Shown here in pieces: positions 21,604-31,046 of a stretch of DNA of 34,927 nt. Within the stretch, counting starts at the first letter, position 1, and each line of letters begins with the position of its first letter. Below the pieces are notes generated by a model. The model did not search any database and had not been told where the DNA came from. It was given only the letters and a program-made list of their open reading frames with translations. The position numbers were made by a program, and so were the translations under genes. The stretch is from an uncultured Clostridia bacterium (GTDB lineage: Bacteria > Bacillota > Clostridia > TANB77 > CAG-508): NCBI GenBank assembly GCA_944393335.1, contig CALXZV010000003.1, positions 1 through 34,927 on the forward strand, read 5' to 3'.

Positions 21604-21707
21604 TTTTACCTCCAAATTTATAGGTTTTAAATACATTTTTGCTTTGCTTTATTTATACATATTTTCATTAATATTATGTAAAAGATTTTTTCCTATTTTC
21701 GTTCTTA

Positions 21708-21736
21708 ATTTTATCATTATAAACATGATTTGTAAA
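21708..21736 (-). promoter_or_regulatory. SigA-like promoter of LCP paralog 1 / module 1
   Basis: TTTACA-17 nt-TAAAAT with an extended -10 TG. Confidence 0.6.
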
Positions 21737-21757
21737 TACAAAAGTCAATTTTTATCG

Positions 21758-21791
21758 AAAAAAAGACTTTGGTTTTATCCAAAGTCTTTTT
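21758..21791 (-). terminator. Rho-independent terminator after the LPXTG gene
   Basis: Perfect inverted repeat aaaaagactttgg-ttttat-ccaaagtcttttt with a U-tract on the minus strand. Confidence 0.85.
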
Positions 21792-21825
21792 AAGTTGCAA
21801 CTTTTATTTATTTTTTTCTTTTATT

Positions 21826-22182
21826 TTATACATTATATTTTCTTGATTTTATAAATGCAAATGCACCTACAGCAATTGTAATAACTGCTATACCAGCTAC
21901 AATGTATACGTCTGTTTCACCTGTTTGTGGTAAATCTTTTTCTGCGTCATTGATTTGGTTAACACTTACAAGGTTTTCTTTTTGTTCAGCATTATTTACT
22001 GGCGCTGCGTTTGTGTTTAGAAGATTTGTGTTAACTCCGTTTGTGTTTGTAACATTTGTGCCGTTATTAGGTTTACCTAAAGTAATTTGAACACCTGATG
22101 CATAAGATCTTACCATTGTAAAAAATAAAACTACAAAAATCATAACTATTGAAATTGCAACATACTTCATTGAATTTTTCAT
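21826..22182 (-). CDS. Small secreted protein with a sortase (LPQTG) anchor
   Basis: N-terminal signal peptide ending SYA, an Asn/Thr-rich linker, LPQTGE, a hydrophobic helix and a KSRK tail. Confidence 0.8.
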   Translation of the reverse strand: MKNSMKYVAISIVMIFVVLFFTMVRSYASGVQITLGKPNNGTNVTNTNGVNTNLLNTNAAPVNNAEQKENLVSVNQINDAEKDLPQTGETDVYIVAGIAVITIAVGAFAFIKSRKYNV

Positions 22183-22275
22183 AGTATTCTTCCTTTCTTC
22201 TTTTGACTATTATTATTATTTGCTTTTTTATTGCAAATATAGCAAGAAAATTATTACATTTTCAATACTAGTATT

Positions 22276-22305
22276 ATTATAAAACTTTTTTCTTATCTTC
22301 GTCAA
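22276..22305 (-). promoter_or_regulatory. SigA-like promoter of the LPXTG gene
   Basis: TTGACG-18 nt-TATAAT. Confidence 0.6.
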
Positions 22306-22378
22306 CATTTTTTTGAAAATTTTGTCGAATTTTTTGTAACTTTAAAATTTTTTGCCCATATTTCAAGGTTTGCAATCT

Positions 22379-23653
22379 TTACAAATATTCTATTGGTACT
22401 ATATAATTTTTTTCATCTAATGCATGTATGTCTTTACTTAAACAAATAACTACACCATTTGGTGAGTTCATTTCAAATTTATTTACTACATCAAAATTTT
22501 TAATTGCATCTTTTCCTGGATTAGCACTTTTTTTAATTTCTACTGGGTAAATATTATCTTGATCTATTATTAATAAATCAATTTCTTTTTGATTATTATC
22601 TCTGTAGTAATATAAGTGTAATCTAGTGTCTCTACCATTATTGTTATATGATTTTATTATTTCCGACACAACATATGTTTCAAAAATAGCTCCTGCATAT
22701 GCACTTCTTTCCAATGTTCTGGCATCTAAATATCCAGCTAAATAACATGCAAGGCCCGTATCCATAAAATATATTTTTGGTCTTTTTACAGCTCTATTTG
22801 TTGTATTATTTGAATATGGCTGAAGAAGATATACTAAAAATGTATTTTTTAATATAGATAACCATTCGTCCACTGTTTTTGCATCTATTCCTACGTCATT
22901 TGCTATTTCACTTGCATTGTACTCCTGAGCAGTTCTTGCAGCAACTGCCGAAATAAATTTTAAAAACTTTATTTCATCTTTTACATTTATTAATTTTCTT
23001 ATATCTCTTTCTATATATGTTTTAATATATGATGAATAAAAGTTTTCTAAGTCGTTTTCTTGCCCATTATATAACGCAGGATAACTTCCTTTTAAAATTC
23101 TGTCAAAAACTTTTTCTAATACTTCATATGGCAATTTCTCTTTTTGCTTTAATAAGTCTATATTTGGAATAAAGCATTCTTCACTTTTTCCATAAATTTC
23201 TCTAGTTGATAAAGTGTTTAGCTCTAAAATTCCAATTCTACCTGCAAGTGACTCTGAGGCTTCTTTCATTGTTTGAAATACCTGTGAACCTGTTAAATAA
23301 TACATTGTTCCAGCTTTTTTGCCATCTCCAAACATTTCATTTTTTCTTGCTTCATCTACCTTTATTTTTATATATGATAATAAATTTGGAGCATATTGAA
23401 ATTCATCGATAATTAATGGAGCTTCATGACTTCTTAAAAAGGTTTCTGGATCTTCTATAGCATTTGCTCTTTCAATCATATCATCTAGGGTTACATAATT
23501 TATTTTGTTTTGACTGATTGTATTTATATATTCTAGCAAAGTGCTTTTTCCTGTTTGCCTTGCTCCTGTAACTAAAATTACTGGAACTTTTCCAATCATT
23601 TTTTCAATTTCTTTTTCCAAATTTCTATTAATATATTTCATATAAGGCATCAA
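22379..23653 (-). CDS. AAA+ ATPase of the AAA_14 + DUF4143 type (C-terminal nuclease-like motif)
   Basis: Walker A GARQTGKST, Walker B IIDEFQYAP, LTGSQ, ESLAGR, KRPKIYFMDTGL and YYRD...EIDLLI...PVEIK. The start may be 23650 or 23641. Confidence 0.9.
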   Translation of the reverse strand: MMPYMKYINRNLEKEIEKMIGKVPVILVTGARQTGKSTLLEYINTISQNKINYVTLDDMIERANAIEDPETFLRSHEAPLIIDEFQYAPNLLSYIKIKVDEARKNEMFGDGKKAGTMYYLTGSQVFQTMKEASESLAGRIGILELNTLSTREIYGKSEECFIPNIDLLKQKEKLPYEVLEKVFDRILKGSYPALYNGQENDLENFYSSYIKTYIERDIRKLINVKDEIKFLKFISAVAARTAQEYNASEIANDVGIDAKTVDEWLSILKNTFLVYLLQPYSNNTTNRAVKRPKIYFMDTGLACYLAGYLDARTLERSAYAGAIFETYVVSEIIKSYNNNGRDTRLHLYYYRDNNQKEIDLLIIDQDNIYPVEIKKSANPGKDAIKNFDVVNKFEMNSPNGVVICLSKDIHALDEKNYIVPIEYL

Positions 23654-23708
23654 TCCTTTCTTTTGGCCCTAAACACATACTTTGCTATGAAATTAATTTT
23701 TAGGTTGC

Positions 23709-23747
23709 TTTATACAAATTAGGAATTGCATTCCGAATTTGTATAAA
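23709..23747. repeat. Long imperfect palindrome (operator or ychF terminator)
   Basis: tttatacaaattAggaat-tgc-attccGaatttgtataaa, with 17 of 18 positions complementary. Confidence 0.75.
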
Positions 23748-23775
23748 TTATATCATGATTTTAGTTTAATTGCAA
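23747..23775 (-). promoter_or_regulatory. SigA-like promoter of the AAA+ ATPase gene
   Basis: TTGCAA-17 nt-TATAAT with an extended -10 TG. Confidence 0.7.
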
Positions 23776-23820
23776 GCTAAGCATAGCAAATTGTGAAGAA
23801 AATGTAGAAGAATATTTATA

Positions 23821-24906
23821 TCACACATTAAACTTAAATTCAACTATATCGCCATCTTGCATTACATAGTCTTTGCCTTCTAGTCTAATTAGTCCCGCTT
23901 CTTTTGCTTTTTGATAGGAGCCTAAGCGTACTAAATCATCATAAGACACTATTTCCGCTTTTATGAAGCCTCTTTCAAAGTCTGTATGTATTTTCCCAGC
24001 AGCTTGTGGAGCTTTTGTTCCTTTTTTTATTGTCCAAGCTCTTACTTCCTTTTTGCCTGCTGTTAAGAATGACATAAGCCCTAGTAAATCATAGCTTGCT
24101 TTTATTACTTTGTCTAAGCCAGATTCATCAAGTCCCATAGCTTCAAGCATTTCTTGTTTTTCTTCGCCCTCTAAGCTAGATAGCTCTTCTTCTATTTTTA
24201 CACATAGAGGAACCACATCTGAGCCTTCTGCTTTTGCATATTCTTTTACTTTTTTTACATAGTCATTTTCTGTTCCTATATCTTTTTCTGATACATTTGC
24301 TACATATAGTATTGGCTTCATTGTTAATAAAAATGCATCTTTGACCATTTCTTTTTCATCATCATTTAAGTCAAGTGTTCTTGCTGGTTTTCCTGCTTCT
24401 AGGTGATCTCTTATTTTTTTGAATAAATCTTCTTCTGCAAAATATTTTTTGTCACCTTTTGCAAGCTTTGCAGCTCTTTCTATTCTTTTATTTACTGTTT
24501 CTAAGTCTGCTAACACTAGCTCTAAATTTATGGTTTCTATGTCCCTTATTGGGTCCACGCTTCCGTCAACATGCACTATGTTTGAGTCATCAAAACATCT
24601 TACTACTTCTACTATTGAATCTGTTTCTCTTATATGCGATAAGAATTTGTTTCCTAATCCTTCGCCTTTGCTTGCTCCTTTTACTAAACCTGCTATATCA
24701 ACAAATTCAATTATTGCGTGTGTTATTTTTTCTGTATCGTACATTTTGCCAAGTGCATCTAGTCTTTCATCTGGTACTGGTACAACTCCCACATTTGGTT
24801 CTATTGTGCAGAATGGATAGTTTGCACATTCTGCACCTGCATTTGTTATACTGTTAAATAATGTACTTTTTCCTACGTTGGGTAGGCCGACTATTCCTAT
24901 TTTCAT
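23821..24906 (-). CDS. ychF: Ribosome-binding ATPase YchF
   Basis: GIVGLPNVGKSTLFN, ANYPFCTIEPN, DIAGLVKGAS and APQAAGKIHTDFERGFI. Confidence 0.97.
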   Translation of the reverse strand: MKIGIVGLPNVGKSTLFNSITNAGAECANYPFCTIEPNVGVVPVPDERLDALGKMYDTEKITHAIIEFVDIAGLVKGASKGEGLGNKFLSHIRETDSIVEVVRCFDDSNIVHVDGSVDPIRDIETINLELVLADLETVNKRIERAAKLAKGDKKYFAEEDLFKKIRDHLEAGKPARTLDLNDDEKEMVKDAFLLTMKPILYVANVSEKDIGTENDYVKKVKEYAKAEGSDVVPLCVKIEEELSSLEGEEKQEMLEAMGLDESGLDKVIKASYDLLGLMSFLTAGKKEVRAWTIKKGTKAPQAAGKIHTDFERGFIKAEIVSYDDLVRLGSYQKAKEAGLIRLEGKDYVMQDGDIVEFKFNV

Positions 24907-27273
24907 TTATTCCTCCTTGCTAGCCTTAGCATACTTCTTAAGTGTATTATACACCATCGCATTTACTGTTCCTGGTATATCTTTTTTGCCTGCTGGAACT
25001 CCTGTTAATATTTCTATTCCTTCATCTATGTTTGACACTGCATAAATGTGGAATTTGCCGTTTTTTACTGCGCTAACTACTTCATCATCTAGGTTTAAGT
25101 TTTGAATATTTTGTTTTGGGATGATTACTCCTTGATTTCCTGTTAATCCTTTTAGTTTGCAAATTTCATAATATCCTTCTATTTTTTCATTAACTCCACC
25201 TATTGCTTGAATCTCTCCTTTTTGGTTTACTGAGCCAGTTGTGGCAATTCCTTGATTTATTGGAACTCCTGCTAAGTTTGAAAGTAATGCATAAAGTTCT
25301 GTACTTGATGCACTATCTCCATCTACTCCATTGTATAATTGTTCAAAACATATACTTGCTGTAAGTGAAAGTGGCATATCTTTGGCAAATTTTTCGCCTA
25401 AGTACCCATTTAATATAAGTATACCTTTTGAATGTGATGAGCCAGATAGTTCAACTTCTCTTTCAATGTCTATTATTCCTTTTTTGCCAGTGTAAGTATT
25501 TACTGTTATTCTTACTGGTTTTCCAAATGAATAATCTCCAATTGTCATTACTGTTAGACCATTTATTTGTCCAACTTTTTCGCCTTCTGTATCTATTAAA
25601 AGTGTGCCTTCTTTTATCATTTCTGTGTACTTTTCGTCGTATTTCTTTTGTCTATTTTTTCTTTCTTCTAATGCTTTATCTATATAATCTGCTGTAACAA
25701 CTTTTGCTTTATCTAATCTTGCCCATGTTGCTGCTTCTGCAATTACTTGAGCTAAATCTCCAAACCTTGTAGATATTCTATTTTGGTTTGTTGAAACCCT
25801 TGTTGAATATTCTGCAAGTCTTGCTACTGCAAATTTATCTAAATGTGGAAGTTCATCATCTTCACAATATCCATGAACAAATCTAGCTAAGTCTTGTAGA
25901 TTTTTTTCGTTTAATGGAGCATCATCTTCAAATTCTACTTTTATTTTGAATAATTTTCTAAAGTCATTATCTACTGAAAGTAGTGTTTGATATACATTTT
26001 CATTTCCTATTATTATAACTTTTAAATCAAGTGGAATTGGCTCTGGTTTTAAGGATACCATTACCATTGATGATTTTTGATCCATTGAATTATCTATGCC
26101 AAGCTCTTTATTTCTTAATACCTTTTTTAGGTTATCATAAACTGCTGGATTTGTAAGCAAATCGTTTGCTTGGAATATGATGTAACCACCATTTGCCTGA
26201 TGTAAAAGTCCTGGTCTTATCATTGTGTAATCTGTTTTTAATACACCATAATAGTTTTCATACTCTAGTCTACCAAAAATATTGCTAAATGAATAGTTGC
26301 TATCCATTATAACAGGTGCACCTTCTGTATGGCTATTGTCAATAAATAAATTTACTCTATAATTATCCCAAGGCTTAGTTTCTATAACTCTTGGTCCTGG
26401 TTGTTCTTGAGGCTTTTTATCTTCACTAATGAATTTTGAAATATTTCTTAGTATGTCTTTTTTTACACCATCTAAGAATTTATTTATTTTTTTATTTCTC
26501 TTAAATTTTGATTTTACAAAGGCAATATGACCTTCTATTGAAAGTGTTGCAATACTTGATTGCCATTCATTTACCTTTTTTTCTGATTCTTGCTCTATTT
26601 CTTTTATTTTACCTATTACTTGTATTATTTGTTCTTGGACAATGGTTGATTTGCTTTCATAATCTTGCTTTAATTTATCATCTAATTTGTCAAAGTCTTC
26701 TTCTTTTATAACTTTACCATCAAGCATTGGCATCATGTATATACCTGTGTCTGATGCTTTTACTTGGAAGCCATATTTTGCAGATTGTGTGTTTAAGTCT
26801 TCTAATAACTTATTTCTTTTATCTTGATATTTTTGAACTATAACATTTTTCTGTTTTTCAAAATCATTGTTATTAAAAGTGCTTTTAAGCTCTACTTTTA
26901 TATCTTTTATAAACTTATCCATACTGTCTTTAAATTCTTGTCCCCCACCTGCTTGAAAAGGTATAGCTACTGGCTCATTTGGATTTTCAAAATTGTATAC
27001 ATAGCACCAGTCCTGTGGCACTTTTTTGTTTTTGCTTATTTTGTTTAAATAGTTTTTGGTATACATTGTTTTTCCTACACCTGAAGGTCCTTCTAGGTAA
27101 AGATTGTATCCATTTACATCTACATTTAGGCCAAATTTTAATGATGATATTCCTCTTTCTTGACCAATACCATCATAATTTCTTTCAAGCTCCTCTGTTG
27201 TAACAAATTTAAAAATGTCTGGATTACATTTGTATTTTAATTTTTTCCATGATACTTCATTTGTATTTTTCAT
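24907..27273 (-). CDS. Lon-like (LonB/LonC-type, peptidase S16) protease
   Basis: GIGQERG, GPSGVGKT, DWCYVYNF, GLLHQANGG, catalytic Ser in VDGDSASS and Lys in IGGVNEKIEG. Confidence 0.92.
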   Translation of the reverse strand: MKNTNEVSWKKLKYKCNPDIFKFVTTEELERNYDGIGQERGISSLKFGLNVDVNGYNLYLEGPSGVGKTMYTKNYLNKISKNKKVPQDWCYVYNFENPNEPVAIPFQAGGGQEFKDSMDKFIKDIKVELKSTFNNNDFEKQKNVIVQKYQDKRNKLLEDLNTQSAKYGFQVKASDTGIYMMPMLDGKVIKEEDFDKLDDKLKQDYESKSTIVQEQIIQVIGKIKEIEQESEKKVNEWQSSIATLSIEGHIAFVKSKFKRNKKINKFLDGVKKDILRNISKFISEDKKPQEQPGPRVIETKPWDNYRVNLFIDNSHTEGAPVIMDSNYSFSNIFGRLEYENYYGVLKTDYTMIRPGLLHQANGGYIIFQANDLLTNPAVYDNLKKVLRNKELGIDNSMDQKSSMVMVSLKPEPIPLDLKVIIIGNENVYQTLLSVDNDFRKLFKIKVEFEDDAPLNEKNLQDLARFVHGYCEDDELPHLDKFAVARLAEYSTRVSTNQNRISTRFGDLAQVIAEAATWARLDKAKVVTADYIDKALEERKNRQKKYDEKYTEMIKEGTLLIDTEGEKVGQINGLTVMTIGDYSFGKPVRITVNTYTGKKGIIDIEREVELSGSSHSKGILILNGYLGEKFAKDMPLSLTASICFEQLYNGVDGDSASSTELYALLSNLAGVPINQGIATTGSVNQKGEIQAIGGVNEKIEGYYEICKLKGLTGNQGVIIPKQNIQNLNLDDEVVSAVKNGKFHIYAVSNIDEGIEILTGVPAGKKDIPGTVNAMVYNTLKKYAKASKEE

Positions 27274-27321
27274 ATCAATTTTCTTTCCTTTCTAAAATCT
27301 TTTGTTTTATTATGTGCAAAT

Positions 27322-28560
27322 TTATATATAATATGTCATTAAAACAGCATTTCCGCCGTCTTTATAGTATCCATTTCTTTTGCCAACCACTTGAAATCCA
27401 TATGTTTTGTATAATTTAATTGCTGGCAAGTTGTTTTCATTTACTTCAAGATTTATTTTTTCCATTTCATGCATATAGGCATATCTTAAAATGTAGCTTA
27501 GCATATTTGAAGCAAATCCTTGATTTCGTTTGTCCCTTTTTGTTACTATATTCATTATTTCCATTTCTTCAAAAACTGTTCTAAATCCTGCAAAGCCATA
27601 TATGTCTTCATTTTGCTTTATTACAATATATTTTGAGTCATTATAGTCATCTTGCAAAACATCATATGTCCAAATATTTGAAAACATTGAATAGTTTAAT
27701 TTTATATTTTCTAAGTCTGTATAACTCATTTCTAAAATGGATATATCGTCTGACTTACCTTCTTTTTGTCTTTGAGCTTGTGGCTTTCTTAAATACATTG
27801 GCGTAAGTGAGTCGGAATCTCCATATATGCCCATTTTGTATCTATTTAAGGCTGCCATACCTACACCAATTGCAAGTGGTCCAATATTGTTTAAATATTC
27901 ATGTTTGTTAACATCTTCGCTATTTGCTTTTTCAACTGAAGCTCTGGCTAAGTAAAGTTGCTCTATTCTTGCAATATCTATGCCTTTTCTCAAAGCTTTA
28001 TCTTCATTTGATAAATCTTTCTTTACGTTGTTTTGGATATTTGCATCATTGCTAACACCTGCAATATCTCCTAAAAAATATATAGGAAGTTTTAGATTAT
28101 CTATATATGTAATTGCATCAGATAATTGCATTACTTCTGGATTCTTGTAGATTGAGAAAAATCCTTTTTTCATTTTATATATTGCAAAATACACGTTGTC
28201 GTTTCTGGCATCTAAAATTGAAATAAATTCTCCTTCACCTTTTTTGGCTACACCTAAGTAAGCTAAAGCCTCTAATGAATTAACTCCAACTACAGGGATA
28301 TTTTTTGCATCTGCAAATGCTTTTGCGGTAGCTATGCCAATTCTAATTCCAGTAAAAGAACCTGGGCCAACTGAACAAGCTATTAGTCCAATATCGTCCA
28401 ATGTTAAGCCAGCTGTTTTAAAAAGTTCATCAATCATTGGCATTAATGTTTCCGAATGTTCTTTTTCACTAAAATTATGCATTTCTTTTATTATTTTGTT
28501 ATCTTCAAATATAGCTACTGAGCATATGCTTGATGATGTGTCTATAGAAAGTATTTTCAT
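27322..28560 (-). CDS. tsaB: TsaB (t6A biosynthesis) fused to a RimI-like GNAT acetyltransferase
   Basis: MKILSIDTSS, HSETLMPMI, GPGSFTGIRIG, DAR and PMYLRKPQAQR, then EIMNIV...RNQGFA...LEVNENNLPAIKLY...GF...RNGYY. The ATG at 28560 follows AAAGGAG. Confidence 0.9.
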   Translation of the reverse strand: MKILSIDTSSSICSVAIFEDNKIIKEMHNFSEKEHSETLMPMIDELFKTAGLTLDDIGLIACSVGPGSFTGIRIGIATAKAFADAKNIPVVGVNSLEALAYLGVAKKGEGEFISILDARNDNVYFAIYKMKKGFFSIYKNPEVMQLSDAITYIDNLKLPIYFLGDIAGVSNDANIQNNVKKDLSNEDKALRKGIDIARIEQLYLARASVEKANSEDVNKHEYLNNIGPLAIGVGMAALNRYKMGIYGDSDSLTPMYLRKPQAQRQKEGKSDDISILEMSYTDLENIKLNYSMFSNIWTYDVLQDDYNDSKYIVIKQNEDIYGFAGFRTVFEEMEIMNIVTKRDKRNQGFASNMLSYILRYAYMHEMEKINLEVNENNLPAIKLYKTYGFQVVGKRNGYYKDGGNAVLMTYYI

Positions 28561-28657
28561 ATATAGCTCTTCTCCTTTTAGTCTTTGCAAGTCAAAAATA
28601 AAGTGAACAATATTTTTATGTTCTTTATTTGCTTTTTCGACTTTTTTTGCTATATAT

Positions 28658-28686
28658 GTTATATAATAGTAATTGCTAAAAGTCAA
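28658..28686 (-). promoter_or_regulatory. Possible SigA promoter of tsaB-lon-ychF
   Basis: TTGACT-17 nt-TATAAC. Confidence 0.45.
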
Positions 28687-28698
28687 GATATTATACAC

Positions 28699-28738
28699 AA
28701 AAATGACATTCTAAAAGTGTATTTTAGGATGTCATTTT
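28699..28738 (-). terminator. Terminator of the spoIIIA operon
   Basis: Inverted repeat aaaatgacattctaaaa-gtgta-ttttaggatgtcatttt just after the spoIIIAH stop. Confidence 0.75.
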
Positions 28739-28755
28739 ATTATAAATATAGAATT

Positions 28756-29610
28756 TTAATTCGTTGTAATATGTATATTTTCTATATCTGTTTTAAGTTC
28801 TCTTTGAATTATATTTTGCACTTGTGCGACTTGCTCTGTAGTAAGCCCTTTGGCTTTTATTACTACATTTACGCTTGGGCTATTTACAAAAACAACTGCA
28901 TTTTCAAAGCCCTTTGTTTCAAATAAATTTTCTACTACCATTATGGCATTTTTTGTATCGTTTATATTTTTTATTTCATTTTCTGCAATGTCTTTTTGCT
29001 CTGATGAAATTTTATCGTTCTCCAAAATATTGGTATATGTTTCTATCATTTGTGAATACATTGTTTCTCTTTCTAGTTTTGAACGAGTAAAATAGTCATT
29101 GCTTGAGGCATTAGTGCTTGCTTCTTGGGCTTCCCCATTTGTATTTTGCTGACTTTGACTTGTATTTACTTGTCCTTGACTCATATTTTCTTGAGTTTGA
29201 CTTGTATTTACTTGATTATTGTTTTCAGAGCCATCCGCTTGAGTTGGTGCGTTTGAGTCTACTACTTCCGAATTTGATTCAACTGTTTCATTTGCCATTG
29301 GTGCATTTGGATCTACTTCATTTGTGTTTGCTTCAGTTGTTTCATTTAGTGCATTTTGTTCGTTTGTGCTTTCTTGAGCATTGTTAAGCTCATTTTCATT
29401 TGTGCTATTTCCATCAACAGCATTAGCACTAACAAGTTGTGCATCCCCTAAACTCGCTAACAGCATATTTTCATTTTCATGATTATTTGTATAATTCATG
29501 TATCCAGCAGTCATTAGCATTAGAGCAAGCGCTAAAATTACCACTTGATTTTTCTTCATAATCTTTTTAATTCCAATGTTTTTAGTTTTATCTCCTAAAT
29601 ATTTAATCAT
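28756..29610 (-). CDS. spoIIIAH: Stage III sporulation protein AH
   Basis: KKNQVVILALALMLMTAGYMNY, DYFTRSKLERE and ENLFETKGFENAVV; last gene of the operon. Confidence 0.9.
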   Translation of the reverse strand: MIKYLGDKTKNIGIKKIMKKNQVVILALALMLMTAGYMNYTNNHENENMLLASLGDAQLVSANAVDGNSTNENELNNAQESTNEQNALNETTEANTNEVDPNAPMANETVESNSEVVDSNAPTQADGSENNNQVNTSQTQENMSQGQVNTSQSQQNTNGEAQEASTNASSNDYFTRSKLERETMYSQMIETYTNILENDKISSEQKDIAENEIKNINDTKNAIMVVENLFETKGFENAVVFVNSPSVNVVIKAKGLTTEQVAQVQNIIQRELKTDIENIHITTN

Positions 29611-29652
29611 AATCTTCCTCCTACAACGCCAAAATTCTAATTATTTTTCAAC

Positions 29653-30258
29653 TCAATTGCTCATTTTAAATACCTGTATCTTATGCGTAGCTAGTCCCGT
29701 TGCCGCTTCTACTGCTTGAACAATTGCAGTTTTTACCTCGGCATTATCTGCGCCTTCTGCTGTAATTATTGCTCCTTCTATTTTTGGACTTATTATGCTT
29801 TGTGTTACAGGCTCCCTATTTCCACTACTGTCTTCTTTATATATAACTTCTTTTTGACTGTCATTTTCTTCAACTGTTCTGCTTCCACCTGCTGAGTCTG
29901 TTTCTGTTGTATTACTTGATTTTACATTTTCATTGTAAATTGGCACATATGTGCTTGTTTGTGAATATGTAAGTAATACTTTTACTTTTCCTACACCTGC
30001 TATATTTGATAAAATATTAGCTAATTTTTCTTCATTTTCATCATAATTTGCATCTGATGAAACTTGTACTACAGTATTATCATTTTCTGCATCTGGTACT
30101 GAATTGCTGCTTTGAGACCATTTATCTCCATTCCATATATAATTAATTGCTACAATGGTTATGGCTAGAATTACTATAAATACCAAAATATTTTCAATTT
30201 TCTTTTTGTTATTGCCATCATTTTTTGAAAACATTTTCTTTAGTTTTTCTGAAAGCAT
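29653..30258 (-). CDS. spoIIIAG: Stage III sporulation protein AG
   Basis: EEKLANILSNIAGVGKVKVLLT and PKIEGAIITAEGA...AVEAATGLATHKIQVFKM. Confidence 0.93.
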   Translation of the reverse strand: MLSEKLKKMFSKNDGNNKKKIENILVFIVILAITIVAINYIWNGDKWSQSSNSVPDAENDNTVVQVSSDANYDENEEKLANILSNIAGVGKVKVLLTYSQTSTYVPIYNENVKSSNTTETDSAGGSRTVEENDSQKEVIYKEDSSGNREPVTQSIISPKIEGAIITAEGADNAEVKTAIVQAVEAATGLATHKIQVFKMSN

Positions 30259-30309
30259 TTTTTACCTCCTAGTTTATTTATTATTTATATATTGTAACCT
30301 TATTAATTT

Positions 30310-30969
30310 TCATGAGATAGTAATATTCTTTTCTTTTACATTATACGTTTCGCTCAAATATTCTTTTAATTCTTTTTCTTTGCTAGTTGGAATTCCTTTT
30401 ACAACTTGATCTTTTATGTTATTTGTTTTTTCTCCTATTTGCACTTCATTAATAATTACAGTATTTACACTACTATTAAAATTAGAATTGACTCCCTCAT
30501 TATTTTTTGTTTCTTCACTCTCATTTGCCTTGCTATCACTATTACTAGCCTTCTTTCTGTTTTCTAACTCATCATCTTCTTTTAGCTCATATATTCCTGT
30601 TATACTAATTTTTAGTACCTCATAATTTTCGTTGGTTTGTAATTCTACATTTTCACATCCATAACCTTTGTTGTTTAATTTTGAAATTACATCCTGCTTT
30701 AAATTGCCTATATATAAATTTGTGATTTCATCTTCATTAGTTTTGTCTAAACTTGTTGTAGTGTTTTCTAAAGATATGTTAAATTCATCTAAATTTAAAT
30801 CAATATTTTTTCCTACAACTGGGCTAATTACAGCAAATAGCACATACACTCCAATTATTATTTTTATATATTTTTTGTTTTTGCCTTCTGGTAAAAGCAT
30901 TTGTAAAATTGTTCCTATAATTACGGCAAATATTATTTGCTGAGCCCATGAGCTAATAAATGATACCAT
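30310..30969 (-). CDS. spoIIIAF: Stage III sporulation protein AF
   Basis: ISSWAQQI...QMLLPEGKNKKYIKIIIG...ISP, plus operon position. Confidence 0.88.
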   Translation of the reverse strand: MVSFISSWAQQIIFAVIIGTILQMLLPEGKNKKYIKIIIGVYVLFAVISPVVGKNIDLNLDEFNISLENTTTSLDKTNEDEITNLYIGNLKQDVISKLNNKGYGCENVELQTNENYEVLKISITGIYELKEDDELENRKKASNSDSKANESEETKNNEGVNSNFNSSVNTVIINEVQIGEKTNNIKDQVVKGIPTSKEKELKEYLSETYNVKEKNITIS

Positions 30970-31046
30970 TGTTCTACCTCATTTTTTATAAAATTATATT
31001 TATTGTAAAAGCTATACAGTCTGTCTAAAATTAATTGATATGCTTA

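Noticed and set aside
28561-28698. N-terminal extensions in the ORF track (tsaB to 28698; also LCP to 21636 and pyruvyl transferase to 4509)
   Set aside because: Downstream starts have clear SD sequences and match family N-termini. The tsaB extension also overlaps its putative promoter.
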